NCBI RefSeq assembly: GCF_000006765.1
Contig: NC_002516.2
From: Pseudomonas aeruginosa PAO1
GTDB lineage: Bacteria; Pseudomonadota; Gammaproteobacteria; Pseudomonadales; Pseudomonadaceae
Reading direction: 5' to 3' (one strand)
Length of the DNA: 64,000 nucleotides
A model generated the notes under the pieces. That model had not been told where the DNA came from. It saw nothing but the letters and a program-made list of their open reading frames with translations, and did not search any database. Position 1 is the first letter of the stretch, and every line of letters begins with the position of its first letter. Below are positions 29,975 to 39,447 of this stretch, piece after piece. The translations under genes and the position numbers were made by a program.

Positions 29975-30391
29975 ATGCGCCGCGTCCTCCGCCTTTACTG
30001 CCTGGCCCTCCTGCTGCTCGCTCCGGCGGCACAGGCGCAGGGCTTTCTTCCCGGCACCCGCCCGGCGGAATGCGCTTACCTGCGCACCGTTCTGGCCTGC
30101 ATGGATCGGCTGGGCAACCACTACAGCGTCGCCACCGGCGGCAACGACACCTGGCTGCGCGGCTACGACGCGGCGAGCGGACGACGCTGGGCCCAGACCA
30201 ATACGCGCTACGGGCGCCTGACCTTCTTCAGCGGCATCGCCAGCGATGGGGAAATCTGGGTCGGCCTCAGCCGCAACATCGGCTGGACCAGCGTCAGCCG
30301 CCTGAGCAGTTCATCGGGCCAGCGCCAACGCCTGACCTGCGGGCGGGTCAGCGGCTGCAGCGAAGGCCCTAGCCGGGAGGCTGCGCGCTGA
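29975..30391 (+). CDS. Secreted hypothetical protein
   Basis: Signal peptide (AQA-QG); Cys pairs; 3' end overlaps amiA. Confidence 0.7.
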   Translation: MRRVLRLYCLALLLLAPAAQAQGFLPGTRPAECAYLRTVLACMDRLGNHYSVATGGNDTWLRGYDAASGRRWAQTNTRYGRLTFFSGIASDGEIWVGLSRNIGWTSVSRLSSSSGQRQRLTCGRVSGCSEGPSREAAR

Positions 30392-31562
30392 GCGCCGCCA
30401 GGTAGCTGCCGGCGGGAGGGCGTTGCCGGAAGTAGCCCTGCACGCCAGCGAAGATCGCCTCGGCCAGGCGCTGGCGATGGCGTTCGTCCATCAACCGGCG
30501 ACAATCGCCGCGATTCGAGATGAAGCCGGTCTCCACCAGGATCGAAGGGATGTCCGGCGACTTGAGCACGGCGAAGCCGGCCTGCTCGACACGCTTCTGG
30601 TGCAGCGCGGTGACGTCCGACAACTGGCCGAGAACGCTGTGGCCGAGGTCCAGGCTGCTGGCGATGGTCGAACTCAGGGCCATGTCGAGGATCACCCCGG
30701 CGAGTACCTTGTCGCGGCCCTGTAGCGGCAGGTTGCCGCTGTTGCCGATCAGGTCGGCGCCGTTCTCGCGCTCGGCCATCCAGCGCGCCATGGTCGAGCT
30801 GGCGCCATGCTCGGAGAGGGCATATACCGACGCGCCGGAGGCGGTCAGTCGCGGCGCCGCGTCGGCGTGCACCGAAACGAACATGTCGGCGTTGTAGCGC
30901 CGGGCCACTTCCGGCCGCTTGCGCAGCGGGACGAACACATCGCCGTTGCGCACCAGGCGCGCCTTGAAGCCTTTCTCACGGTCGATCCGCCGCGCCAGCA
31001 GGCGGGCGATGGCCAGCGCCACGTCCTTTTCGCGCTCGCCCTTGCTACCGACCGCGCCGGGGTCCTTGCCGCCATGGCCGGCATCGACCACCACGAGGAT
31101 GTCGCGGCCCGTCGAGGGTAGCGGGCGGGCCAGCGCCAGCATTGGCTCGGGGGGCGCCGCCAGCGCCTGTGGATATAGGTCCAGGACCAGGCGATGGCCC
31201 TTTCCCGCCTGCGGTTCCAGGGCGAAGCTGCGCGGCCTGACCGCTTGGCGCAGATCGAGGACGATGCGCGTCCCGCCGCCACCCAGTTGGCCACTGCGTA
31301 TGGCGCGCACGGGGCCGTCCAGCGGTAGCTCGGAGAGCGTTGCGAGCAATTGCGCGTCGGGCAGGTCGAGGATCAACCGCTCGGGGGCCTGCAGGGAAAA
31401 GGTTCGATAACGCGGCGGGCCGTCCAGTTCCAGCACCAGGCGCCAGCTTTCCGAGGAATTCCAGGCCCGGGCCTGGCGGATTCGTACATTGGCGCTGGCG
31501 GCTAGGAACGGCTGGAGGGCCAGGCCGGCGAGCAGGCTTTGCAGGAGACGACGGCGCTTCAT
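30369..31562 (-). CDS. amiA: N-acetylmuramoyl-L-alanine amidase (AMIN + Amidase_3)
   Basis: Arg-rich signal, DAGHGGKDPG, EKDVAL, SVHAD, LVETGFISN. Confidence 0.93.
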   Translation of the reverse strand: MKRRRLLQSLLAGLALQPFLAASANVRIRQARAWNSSESWRLVLELDGPPRYRTFSLQAPERLILDLPDAQLLATLSELPLDGPVRAIRSGQLGGGGTRIVLDLRQAVRPRSFALEPQAGKGHRLVLDLYPQALAAPPEPMLALARPLPSTGRDILVVVDAGHGGKDPGAVGSKGEREKDVALAIARLLARRIDREKGFKARLVRNGDVFVPLRKRPEVARRYNADMFVSVHADAAPRLTASGASVYALSEHGASSTMARWMAERENGADLIGNSGNLPLQGRDKVLAGVILDMALSSTIASSLDLGHSVLGQLSDVTALHQKRVEQAGFAVLKSPDIPSILVETGFISNRGDCRRLMDERHRQRLAEAIFAGVQGYFRQRPPAGSYLAALSAQPPG

Positions 31563-31602
31563 CGACGAAATACCCGATTGCAAGGGTCGGCATTAGCTAA
31601 TA

Positions 31603-31617
31603 CGTTATATTATAACA
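31603..31617. promoter_or_regulatory. Zur box
   Basis: CGTTATATTATAACA between divergent amiA and folE2. Confidence 0.88.
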
Positions 31618-31661
31618 TTCAAGCCATTTCCAGGCCTTGCCTACCCTTCTTCGAGTTCTCC

Positions 31662-32558
31662 ATGAATGCCTTGACGCTTCCCGATATCGCCCGCCAGACC
31701 ACCACCGCCGATCTTCCCCTGGACTGGGTCGGCATGCAGGGCATCGCCCTTCCCGTGCAGATCGGCGGGCAGAGGGTCGCCGCCGAAGCCGATGCCGGTG
31801 TCAGCCTGGACGACCCGCAGGCCCGCGGCATCCATATGTCGCGCCTCTACCTGGCGCTGGCCGAACTGGAACAGGGCGAGCTGGACCTTTCCTGCCTGCG
31901 CGCCGTCCTGCAACGCTTCCTCGACAGCCACGCCGGCCTGTCGCGTCGCGCCTACCTGCGCCTACGCCTCGCGCCGCTGCTGCGGCGTCCGGCGCTGGTC
32001 AGCCCGCTGAGCGGCTGGAAACGTTATCCACTGGTGCTGGACACGCGCCTGGAAGGCGATGACTTCCAGGCCGAAGTCCATCTCGAGCTGACCTACTCCT
32101 CGACCTGCCCCTGTTCGGCGGCACTGGCCCGGCAATTGATCCAGGAGCGCTTCGACCAGGACTTCGCCGGACAGCCGCTCGATCATGCCAGCGTGCTCGC
32201 CTGGCTCGGCAGCAGCGCCGGCATCGTCGCCACCCCGCACAGCCAGCGCAGCAGCGCGCACCTGCGCATCGGCCTGGCGGAAGACTGCATCGGACTGCCC
32301 CTGGAAGAGCTGGCGGATCTCGGCGAAAGCGCCCTCGGCACCGCGGTGCAGACTGCGGTGAAACGCGCCGACGAGCAGGCCTTCGCCCTCGCCAACGGGC
32401 AGAACCTGATGTTCTGCGAGGACGCGGTGCGCCGGCTGCACCGCGCCCTGCAGGGTTATCCACAGGCGAGCCGGTTCTCCATACGGGTCGTCCATGCGGA
32501 AAGCCTGCATGCCCATGACGCCGTCGCCGAAAGCCATTGGCAGCGAGGTGCAGCATGA
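31662..32558 (+). CDS. folE2: GTP cyclohydrolase IB
   Basis: GIHMSRL, YSSTCPCS, ESLHAHDA. Confidence 0.93.
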   Translation: MNALTLPDIARQTTTADLPLDWVGMQGIALPVQIGGQRVAAEADAGVSLDDPQARGIHMSRLYLALAELEQGELDLSCLRAVLQRFLDSHAGLSRRAYLRLRLAPLLRRPALVSPLSGWKRYPLVLDTRLEGDDFQAEVHLELTYSSTCPCSAALARQLIQERFDQDFAGQPLDHASVLAWLGSSAGIVATPHSQRSSAHLRIGLAEDCIGLPLEELADLGESALGTAVQTAVKRADEQAFALANGQNLMFCEDAVRRLHRALQGYPQASRFSIRVVHAESLHAHDAVAESHWQRGAA

Positions 32559-33115
32559 TCCGCAAGAATCCCTCCGGCGACCTGCCGGTGATCGACGAAT
32601 CGGCCTATGTGGACAAGACCGCGATCATCTGCGGCAAGGTGATCATCCAGGCCAACGTCTTCGTCGGTCCCTACGCAGTGATCCGTGCCGACGAAGTCGA
32701 CGCCGACGGCGGCATGCAACCGATCGTGATCGGCGCCAACTCGAACATCCAGGACGGCGTGGTGATCCATTCCAAGTCGGGTGCCGCGGTGACCATCGGC
32801 GAGCACAGCTCCATCGCCCACCGCTCCATCGTCCACGGTCCTTGCGAAGTCGGCGACCGGGTCTTCATCGGCTTCAACAGCGTGCTGTTCAACTGCCGGG
32901 TCGGCGATGGCTGCGTGGTCCGCCACAACGCGGTGGTCGACGGCTGCGACCTGCCAGCGGGTTTCTACGTACCGTCCACCGAGCGCATCGGTCCGCGCAC
33001 CGACCTGGCGAGCATGCCGCGGGTCAGCGTTTCCGCCAGCGAGTTCTCGGAAGACGTGGCGCGCACCAACGTCGACCTGGTACGCGGCTACAAGTCGCTG
33101 CAGAACGAGTTCTGA
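32555..33115 (+). CDS. Gamma-class carbonic anhydrase (hexapeptide repeat)
   Basis: VIRADE, NIQDGVVIH, HRSIVHGPC. Confidence 0.88.
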   Translation: MIRKNPSGDLPVIDESAYVDKTAIICGKVIIQANVFVGPYAVIRADEVDADGGMQPIVIGANSNIQDGVVIHSKSGAAVTIGEHSSIAHRSIVHGPCEVGDRVFIGFNSVLFNCRVGDGCVVRHNAVVDGCDLPAGFYVPSTERIGPRTDLASMPRVSVSASEFSEDVARTNVDLVRGYKSLQNEF

Positions 33116-33117
33116 AC

Positions 33118-34455
33118 ATGCAAAGCCTGCTGATCCGCAATGCCCGGATGGTCAACGAGGGGCAGGTACGCGAAGGCGATCTGCTGGTCCGCCACGGTCG
33201 CATCGAACGCATCGCCGGCTGCCTGGAAAACTGCGGCGCCAGCCGGGAGATCGATGCCGCCGGACGCTACCTGCTGCCGGGAATGATCGACGACCAGGTG
33301 CACTTCCGCGAGCCGGGTTATCCACAGAAGGGCTCGATCGCCAGCGAATCCCGCGCCGCCGTGGCGGGCGGCATCACCAGTTTCATGGACATGCCCAATA
33401 CCCGCCCGGCGACGCTGAGCCTCGAAGCGCTGGCGGAAAAGAAGCGCCTCGCCGCCGCCCATAGCGTGGCCAACTACGGTTTCCACTTCGGCGTCAGCCG
33501 CGACAACCTCGACACCGTGGCCGCCCTCGATCCACGCGAGGTCGCCGCGGTGAAGGTGTTCATGGGCGCCTCCACCGGCGACATGCTGGTGGACGACCTG
33601 CCGACCCTGGAGCGCCTGTTCGCCAGCGTTCCGACCCTGCTGCTGAGCCATTGCGAAGACACGCCGCGGATCGAAGCCAACCTGGCGCGCTGGCGACAAC
33701 GCTTCGGTGAACGTATTCCGGCAGCCGCCCACCCGCGCATTCGCGACGCCGAGGCTTGCTACCGTTCCACCGCCCTGGCGGTGGAACTGGCGCAACGACA
33801 TGGCACGCTGCTGCATGTCCTGCACTTATCCACAGCGCGTGAACTGGCCCTGTTCGAGGACAAGCCGCTGTGCCAGAAACGCATCACCGCGGAAGTCTGC
33901 GTCCACCATCTGCTGTTCGACGACAGCGACTACGCCCGCCTCGGCCATCTGCTCAAGTGCAACCCGGCGATCAAGAGCCGCGAGGACCGCGACGCCCTGC
34001 GCAGGGCGCTGGCCGGCAACCGCCTGGACGTGATCGGCACCGACCACGCGCCGCACGCCTGGGCCGAGAAGCAGCAGGCTTATCCACAGGCGCCGGCCGG
34101 CCTGCCACTGGTCCAGCATGCGTTGCCGGCACTCCTGGAGCTGGTCCGCGAAGGCTGGCTGTCGCTGGCCACCCTGGTGGCGAAGACCAGCCACCGGGTC
34201 GCCGAACTGTTCGCCATCGCCGATCGCGGTTTCCTCCGCGAAGGTTACTGGGCCGACCTGGTGCTGGTCAGCGAACTGGAGCACCCGGCGCTGGCCAGCG
34301 CCATGCCGCTGCTGTCGCGCTGCAACTGGACGCCGTTCCGCCACCGGGCATTCCACCATCGGATCGATACCACCATCGTCTCCGGGCAACTCGCCTGGCA
34401 CGCGGGACGCCTGTCCGACGATTGCCAGGGACTGCCCCTGCGGTTTTCCCGCTGA
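33118..34455 (+). CDS. pyrQ: Dihydroorotase paralog
   Basis: IDDQVHFREPG, DMPNT, KCNPAI, TDHAPH. Confidence 0.9.
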   Translation: MQSLLIRNARMVNEGQVREGDLLVRHGRIERIAGCLENCGASREIDAAGRYLLPGMIDDQVHFREPGYPQKGSIASESRAAVAGGITSFMDMPNTRPATLSLEALAEKKRLAAAHSVANYGFHFGVSRDNLDTVAALDPREVAAVKVFMGASTGDMLVDDLPTLERLFASVPTLLLSHCEDTPRIEANLARWRQRFGERIPAAAHPRIRDAEACYRSTALAVELAQRHGTLLHVLHLSTARELALFEDKPLCQKRITAEVCVHHLLFDDSDYARLGHLLKCNPAIKSREDRDALRRALAGNRLDVIGTDHAPHAWAEKQQAYPQAPAGLPLVQHALPALLELVREGWLSLATLVAKTSHRVAELFAIADRGFLREGYWADLVLVSELEHPALASAMPLLSRCNWTPFRHRAFHHRIDTTIVSGQLAWHAGRLSDDCQGLPLRFSR

Positions 34456-34499
34456 AGTCTTGTCCACAGCCTGCTGTGGATATCCGTTCGCCCACGGCC

Positions 34500-35744
34500 C
34501 TAGCGCAGGGCTTTCACCGCCGCGCCAAGGAAGGCATAGGTCTCCTCCTCGCGATCGTCCATCTCCGGCTTCGGCCAGGCGCTCCAGACCACCGCCACGA
34601 TCTTCTCCTTGCGGTTGATGTAGAGGTACTGGCCGAAGATGCCCTGGGCTTCGAAGGCCCCGCCGTCATGCTCGGGCAGGGCCTTGGCGCCCACCGGGAA
34701 GGTCCACCACTGGTAGCCGTAGCCGAGCGCGTATTCGCCATCGTAGAGCTTGCCCGGGGCCAGGTGGGAAGAAGCCTCGACGCGACTGGCACGATCGACC
34801 CAACCTTCGGGGAGGATACGTTCGCCATCGATCACCCCGTCCTCGAGGACGAACTGGCCGAAGCGGCCATAGTCGCGCAGGGTCGCGCTCAAGCCGCTGC
34901 TGCCGATCTCTTGCCCGGCCGGCGATTCCAGTTGCCAGAAGCCGTCGCTCTCCATGCCCATTCGCGCCCAGATCCGCTCGGACAGGTAGTCGCTCACCGG
35001 AATGCGGGTCGCCGCGTGCAGCAGCTCGCTCTGCAGGTGCGACTCGCCGGTGCTGTAGGTGAAGTGGGTACCGCTCGGGTACTGCCGCGGCAGGCTCGCC
35101 AGCAGCCGCAGGATGCCACCGGGACGTTCGGCGAGCTGGGCGTCGAACATCTGCCGGCGGTCGGACTTCGGATCGCGATAGGTCTCGTTCCAGCGGACCC
35201 CGGAACTCATCTGCAGGACCTGCTCCACCGTCACCCCCTGGTAGGCGGAGCCGGCCAGGCTCGGCAGGTACTTGTCCACAGGCTGGTCGAGAGCCAGCAG
35301 GCCCTGCTGCACGGCGGCGCCCACCAGGGTCGAGGAGATCGACTTGACCACCGAGAACGAGGTCCAGCGCGTCCGTTCGTCGTTGCCCAGGCCGTAGCGC
35401 TCCAGGGCGACCTTGCCATCCTTGAGGATCAGCACGCCGCCAACGCGGTTGCGCCGCATGAAATCGTCGACGCCGTATTCCTCGCCGCCGATCCGGTAGC
35501 GCGGCGCGATGGCCACACCCGCCGGCAGCGGACGGACCTTGGTCCCCTTGTGGATAACCCGGGTCGGATAGACCTTGTCCATGTTCCGGTAGGTGTCCGG
35601 CTGGTATTCCGGGATCAGTTCATAGAGATCGGCGGCACGGCCGATCCGCGGGTTTTCCACAGCCGCGTCGGCGCCGGCCGAGCCGCTTGCCGAGACGAAC
35701 AGTGCCAGCAGGGCCGGCCGGAAGACTGATATACAGCTACGCAT
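34500..35744 (-). CDS. Serine hydrolase, beta-lactamase fold (PA5542/PIB-1-like)
   Basis: Signal peptide, SVVK (SxxK), FTYST, YGYQWW, AQGIFGQ. Confidence 0.85.
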   Translation of the reverse strand: MRSCISVFRPALLALFVSASGSAGADAAVENPRIGRAADLYELIPEYQPDTYRNMDKVYPTRVIHKGTKVRPLPAGVAIAPRYRIGGEEYGVDDFMRRNRVGGVLILKDGKVALERYGLGNDERTRWTSFSVVKSISSTLVGAAVQQGLLALDQPVDKYLPSLAGSAYQGVTVEQVLQMSSGVRWNETYRDPKSDRRQMFDAQLAERPGGILRLLASLPRQYPSGTHFTYSTGESHLQSELLHAATRIPVSDYLSERIWARMGMESDGFWQLESPAGQEIGSSGLSATLRDYGRFGQFVLEDGVIDGERILPEGWVDRASRVEASSHLAPGKLYDGEYALGYGYQWWTFPVGAKALPEHDGGAFEAQGIFGQYLYINRKEKIVAVVWSAWPKPEMDDREEETYAFLGAAVKALR

Positions 35745-35830
35745 GGACGTTTTCCTTATGACCGGAAGCAGCTCCGGCTTCGTCGTTTTTATGGATGTGG
35801 ACTGGCGTCGCAGTGTTATCCACAGGACGT

Positions 35831-36229
35831 TCAGTCGCTCGGGTCCCGTATCGGACACGCCCAGAGTTCGACCGCCGGGCGCTCAGGGTCCGGCGGACCG
35901 ATCCAGCGCGCCAGCGCATCGCAGCGCCCCTGACGGCAGATCCGGTAGTCGCCGGCCTCCGGTGTGCGCCCCAGCCGCAACGGTTGCAGCGGCGGCACCC
36001 CACGGTGGTAATGCCAGGCGCCGTCACGCAGCACGGCGCCCTCGGGAATCTCCATCCCCGCCCCGCTGCCCCGCACCCGGGCCTCTTCCAGCAGCAGGCC
36101 GCGCTCACTCAGGCGATAGTCTTCTTCCCAGAGCACCTTCTCGACCGTGTGTTGCCAGGCCAGGGTGAACGACTGCAGCGGCAGCGTCGCCCAGACGCTG
36201 CCGGCCATGCCCAGACACAGCGCGATCAC
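35831..36229 (-). CDS. DUF1850 family TRAP-associated protein
   Basis: FTLAWQHTVEK...WEEDY, GSGAGME; GTGA overlap with the permease. Confidence 0.75.
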   Translation of the reverse strand: MIALCLGMAGSVWATLPLQSFTLAWQHTVEKVLWEEDYRLSERGLLLEEARVRGSGAGMEIPEGAVLRDGAWHYHRGVPPLQPLRLGRTPEAGDYRICRQGRCDALARWIGPPDPERPAVELWACPIRDPSD

Positions 36230-38250
36230 GCCACCGCCTCGCGCGCACGCTGGCGCCAGAGGTGCCAGCCGATCACCAGCGCGCCGAGGACGAAGCCCAG
36301 CTCGTCGCTGATCGGCAAGGCCAGGACCAGGCTGGCCCCCGCGGCGAACGCCACCAGGCGCTCCCACCAGGCCAGCGGCCCCTGCAGGTAGCCGATGGAA
36401 GCCATGCCCCACAGGCCGATGGCCAGCACCGCCTTGCAGGTGACATAGAGCGTCGCCCCCCAACCGCCTTCCTGCAGCATCAGCGCCGGGGAATACACCG
36501 CCATGAACGGCACCACGAAACCCGCCAGGGCGATGCGCACCGCCCAGAAGCTGATCTTCAATCCCCTTTCCTTGGCGATCGGCGCGGCCGCGAAACAGGC
36601 CAGCGCCACCGGAGGGGTGAGGTCGGCGAGGATGCCGAAGTAGAAGACGAACATGTGCGAGACGATCAGCGGCACCCCCAGTTCCAGCAGCGCCGGCGCG
36701 GCGATGGAGCTGGTGATGATGTAGTTGGGGATGGTCGGGATGCCCATTCCCAGGACCAGGCAGGTGACCATGGTCAGGACCAGCGACAGCAGCAGGTTCT
36801 CCCGTCCCAGGTCGAGCACGTAGCTGGCGAAGGTGGTGGCGATGCCGGTCAGCGAAATCACCCCGATGATGACTCCCACCAGGGTGCAGGCGATGCCCAC
36901 CGGAATCGCATGTCGCGCACCTTCGGCGAGGGCGCGGACGCAGATGCGCAGGGTTTCCCGGCCGCCACGGACGAACCAGCAGGCCAGGGCCAGGGCCGCG
37001 ATCACGACGAAGATCACCCCGATGCCGAGGCGGAAGAACCCCGCGCAGAGCAGCCCCAGCGCCACCCAGAAGGCGATGCGCAGGCCGAGCGAGGACACCC
37101 GCAGGATGATCGCCGAACCGAGGATGACGATGGCGGTCAGCGCCAGGCCGATGGTTCCGGAGAACAGCGGCGTGCGCCCGGAGAACAGCAGCGCGATCAG
37201 CACCAGCAACGGAATCAGCAGGAACCAGCGCTCGCGGACGGCACCCCAGGCGCTCGGACACTGATCGCGCGGCAGGCCCTTTAGATCGGCCCGGCGGGCC
37301 TCGAGGTGGACCATCCAGTACACCGAGCCGAAATACAGCAGGGCCGGGATCAGCGCCGCCTTGGCGATCTCCACGTAGGGGACGTTGATGGTCTCGGCCA
37401 TAATGAACGCCACCGCCCCCATCACCGGCGGCATCAGTTGGCTGCCCATGCTCGCGGTCGCCTCGACGCCGCCGGCGAACGCCGGCTTGTAGCCGAAACG
37501 CTTCATCAGCGGGATGGTGAACTGTCCGGTGGTGACCACGTTGGCCACGCCGGAGCCGGTGATGGTGCCCATCAGCGCCGAGGAGAATACCGAGACCTTG
37601 GCCGGCCCGCCGACCCGGTGACCGAACAGGCCCATGGCGAAATCGGTGAACAGGCGGATCATGCCGGCCTGCTCGAGGAAGGCGCCGAACAGGATGAACA
37701 GATAGATGTAGGTGGCCGATACGTAGGTCGGCGTGCCGTAGAGACCTTCGGTACCGAACGACAGCTGGTTGACGATCTGGTCGAAGCCGTAGCCGCGGTG
37801 GGCCAGGTCGCCCGGCAGGTGTTCGCCGAACAGGCCATAGGCAAGAAACAGCGCGCAGATGATCGGCAAGGCGATGCCCATCACCCGTCGCGCCGCCTCG
37901 AAGACCAGGACGATCAGCACCACGCCGACGACCATGTCGGCCTGGGTCAGCTCTCCGGAGCGCTGGATCAGGTCGCCCTCGAAAACCCACTGGTAGACCG
38001 CCGTGCCCAGGCCGGCCATGCCCAGCAACCAGGCCAGCGGCTGCCAGGGGCGACCTATGCCGAAGGCGGGATAGCTGATGTACACCACCAGCAACAGCAG
38101 TCCGACGTGCATTGCCCGCAGGACCTGGGTGGAAATCAGGGGAAAGGCCGCGGTGACGACCTGGAACACGGAAAAGGCCAGGGCCACGGCGAACAACGCG
38201 CGCGGCCAGTTTTCCGCCTCAAGATGCAGCCCGTTCTGATGATCGCTCAT
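36226..38250 (-). CDS. TRAP transporter 4TM/12TM fusion permease
   Basis: GGPAKV, EATASMGSQLMPPVMGA, TPPVALA. Confidence 0.92.
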   Translation of the reverse strand: MSDHQNGLHLEAENWPRALFAVALAFSVFQVVTAAFPLISTQVLRAMHVGLLLLVVYISYPAFGIGRPWQPLAWLLGMAGLGTAVYQWVFEGDLIQRSGELTQADMVVGVVLIVLVFEAARRVMGIALPIICALFLAYGLFGEHLPGDLAHRGYGFDQIVNQLSFGTEGLYGTPTYVSATYIYLFILFGAFLEQAGMIRLFTDFAMGLFGHRVGGPAKVSVFSSALMGTITGSGVANVVTTGQFTIPLMKRFGYKPAFAGGVEATASMGSQLMPPVMGAVAFIMAETINVPYVEIAKAALIPALLYFGSVYWMVHLEARRADLKGLPRDQCPSAWGAVRERWFLLIPLLVLIALLFSGRTPLFSGTIGLALTAIVILGSAIILRVSSLGLRIAFWVALGLLCAGFFRLGIGVIFVVIAALALACWFVRGGRETLRICVRALAEGARHAIPVGIACTLVGVIIGVISLTGIATTFASYVLDLGRENLLLSLVLTMVTCLVLGMGIPTIPNYIITSSIAAPALLELGVPLIVSHMFVFYFGILADLTPPVALACFAAAPIAKERGLKISFWAVRIALAGFVVPFMAVYSPALMLQEGGWGATLYVTCKAVLAIGLWGMASIGYLQGPLAWWERLVAFAAGASLVLALPISDELGFVLGALVIGWHLWRQRAREAVA

Positions 38251-38324
38251 GCATCGACTCCCTACAGCCGGAAACGCGGGGAACCCGGTCCGCCGCACGG
38301 ACCGGGGCTACGGAGAAACGGGCC

Positions 38325-39284
38325 TCACTCGGGCAGTACGCCCTTCTCCTTGTAGAAGCGCTCGGCGCCGGGATGCAGCGGAATCGGCAGGTTCTTCGCC
38401 GCCTTGTCCAGGGCGATGTCCTTGGCGGCAGCATGGGCGGTGACCAGGCGCGGCAGGTTGTCGAACATCAGCTTGGTCATCTGGTAGGCCAGCTCGTCGC
38501 TGACCCCGGAGTGGCTGACCAGGATATTGTCGATCGCCACCGTCGGCACGTCCTGCTCCTGGCCGTCGTAGGTGCCGGCGGGAATGCTCGCGGCGTGGTA
38601 GGCCGGGCTGTCGATCTTCGCCACCACGTCCGCCGGGATCGCGACGAAGGTGATCGGCATGGTCGAGGCCAGGTCGCGGATGGCCGCCATGCCCAGGCCG
38701 GAGGATTGCAGCGTAGCGTCGAGCTGGCGGTTCTTGATCAGCTCCACCGACTCGGCGTAGGGCAGGTACTCCACCTTGCCCATGTCCTCGTAGCTCAGGC
38801 CGGCAGCCTTGAAGATCGCCCGGGCGTTCAGCTCGGTACCGCTCTTGGGCGCGCCCACCGAAATGCGCTTGCCTTTCAGGTCGGCCAGGGTCTTGATGCC
38901 CGAGGCTTGGCTGGCCACTACCTGGATATAGTTCGGATAGGTATTGCCGATAGCCCGCAGCTTCTTCAACGGCGCCTTGAAGCCGGCGTCGGCGACCCCG
39001 TTCCAGGCGTCGGCGACCGAGTCGCCCAGCGCCAGCGCCAGTTCTCCACGCCCGGCCTGCAACAGGTTGAGGTTCTCGACCGAAGCCTTGGTGGCCTGCA
39101 CCGAGGTTTTCGCGCCCTGGATATCGTGCCCGTAGATCTGCGAGAGGCCGACCCCTATGGGGTAATAGACCCCGCTGGTGCCGCCGGTGAGGATATTGAT
39201 GAAGGTCGGCGCGGCAAAGACCGAGGTACTGAAGGTCACCGTTGCGGCAAGCGTGAAAAGACCGAAGCGTCTGCTCAGCGACAT
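38325..39284 (-). CDS. TAXI-family TRAP solute-binding protein
   Basis: TGGTSGVYY, ASVENL, PLHPGAERFY. Confidence 0.92.
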   Translation of the reverse strand: MSLSRRFGLFTLAATVTFSTSVFAAPTFINILTGGTSGVYYPIGVGLSQIYGHDIQGAKTSVQATKASVENLNLLQAGRGELALALGDSVADAWNGVADAGFKAPLKKLRAIGNTYPNYIQVVASQASGIKTLADLKGKRISVGAPKSGTELNARAIFKAAGLSYEDMGKVEYLPYAESVELIKNRQLDATLQSSGLGMAAIRDLASTMPITFVAIPADVVAKIDSPAYHAASIPAGTYDGQEQDVPTVAIDNILVSHSGVSDELAYQMTKLMFDNLPRLVTAHAAAKDIALDKAAKNLPIPLHPGAERFYKEKGVLPE

Positions 39285-39447
39285 GGGAAGTCTCCTGTTC
39301 TTATCGTTGTTGTCGCGCTGTCGCGGAAGCGTCCCGGCTTCCTTCGACCGCGCAGGACTTCGTGCAGACTAGACCGCCCCGCCACGCAGGACAATCAGCA
39401 AGGACCGATTGCGCGACCGGCTCCGCAAGGGAGCCGGTCGCCGGCGT

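Noticed and set aside
7469-35824. DnaA boxes read as a CRISPR-like or regularly spaced repeat array
   Set aside because: Spacing is irregular (about 0.2-7 kb) and orientation is mixed. The rough 10-kb spacing of sub-clusters rests on too few clusters to support a periodicity claim.
12900-36000. IHF site that would make a canonical datA
   Set aside because: No convincing WATCAANNNNTTR match by eye, so a strict datA homologue is not claimed; a PWM scan is needed.
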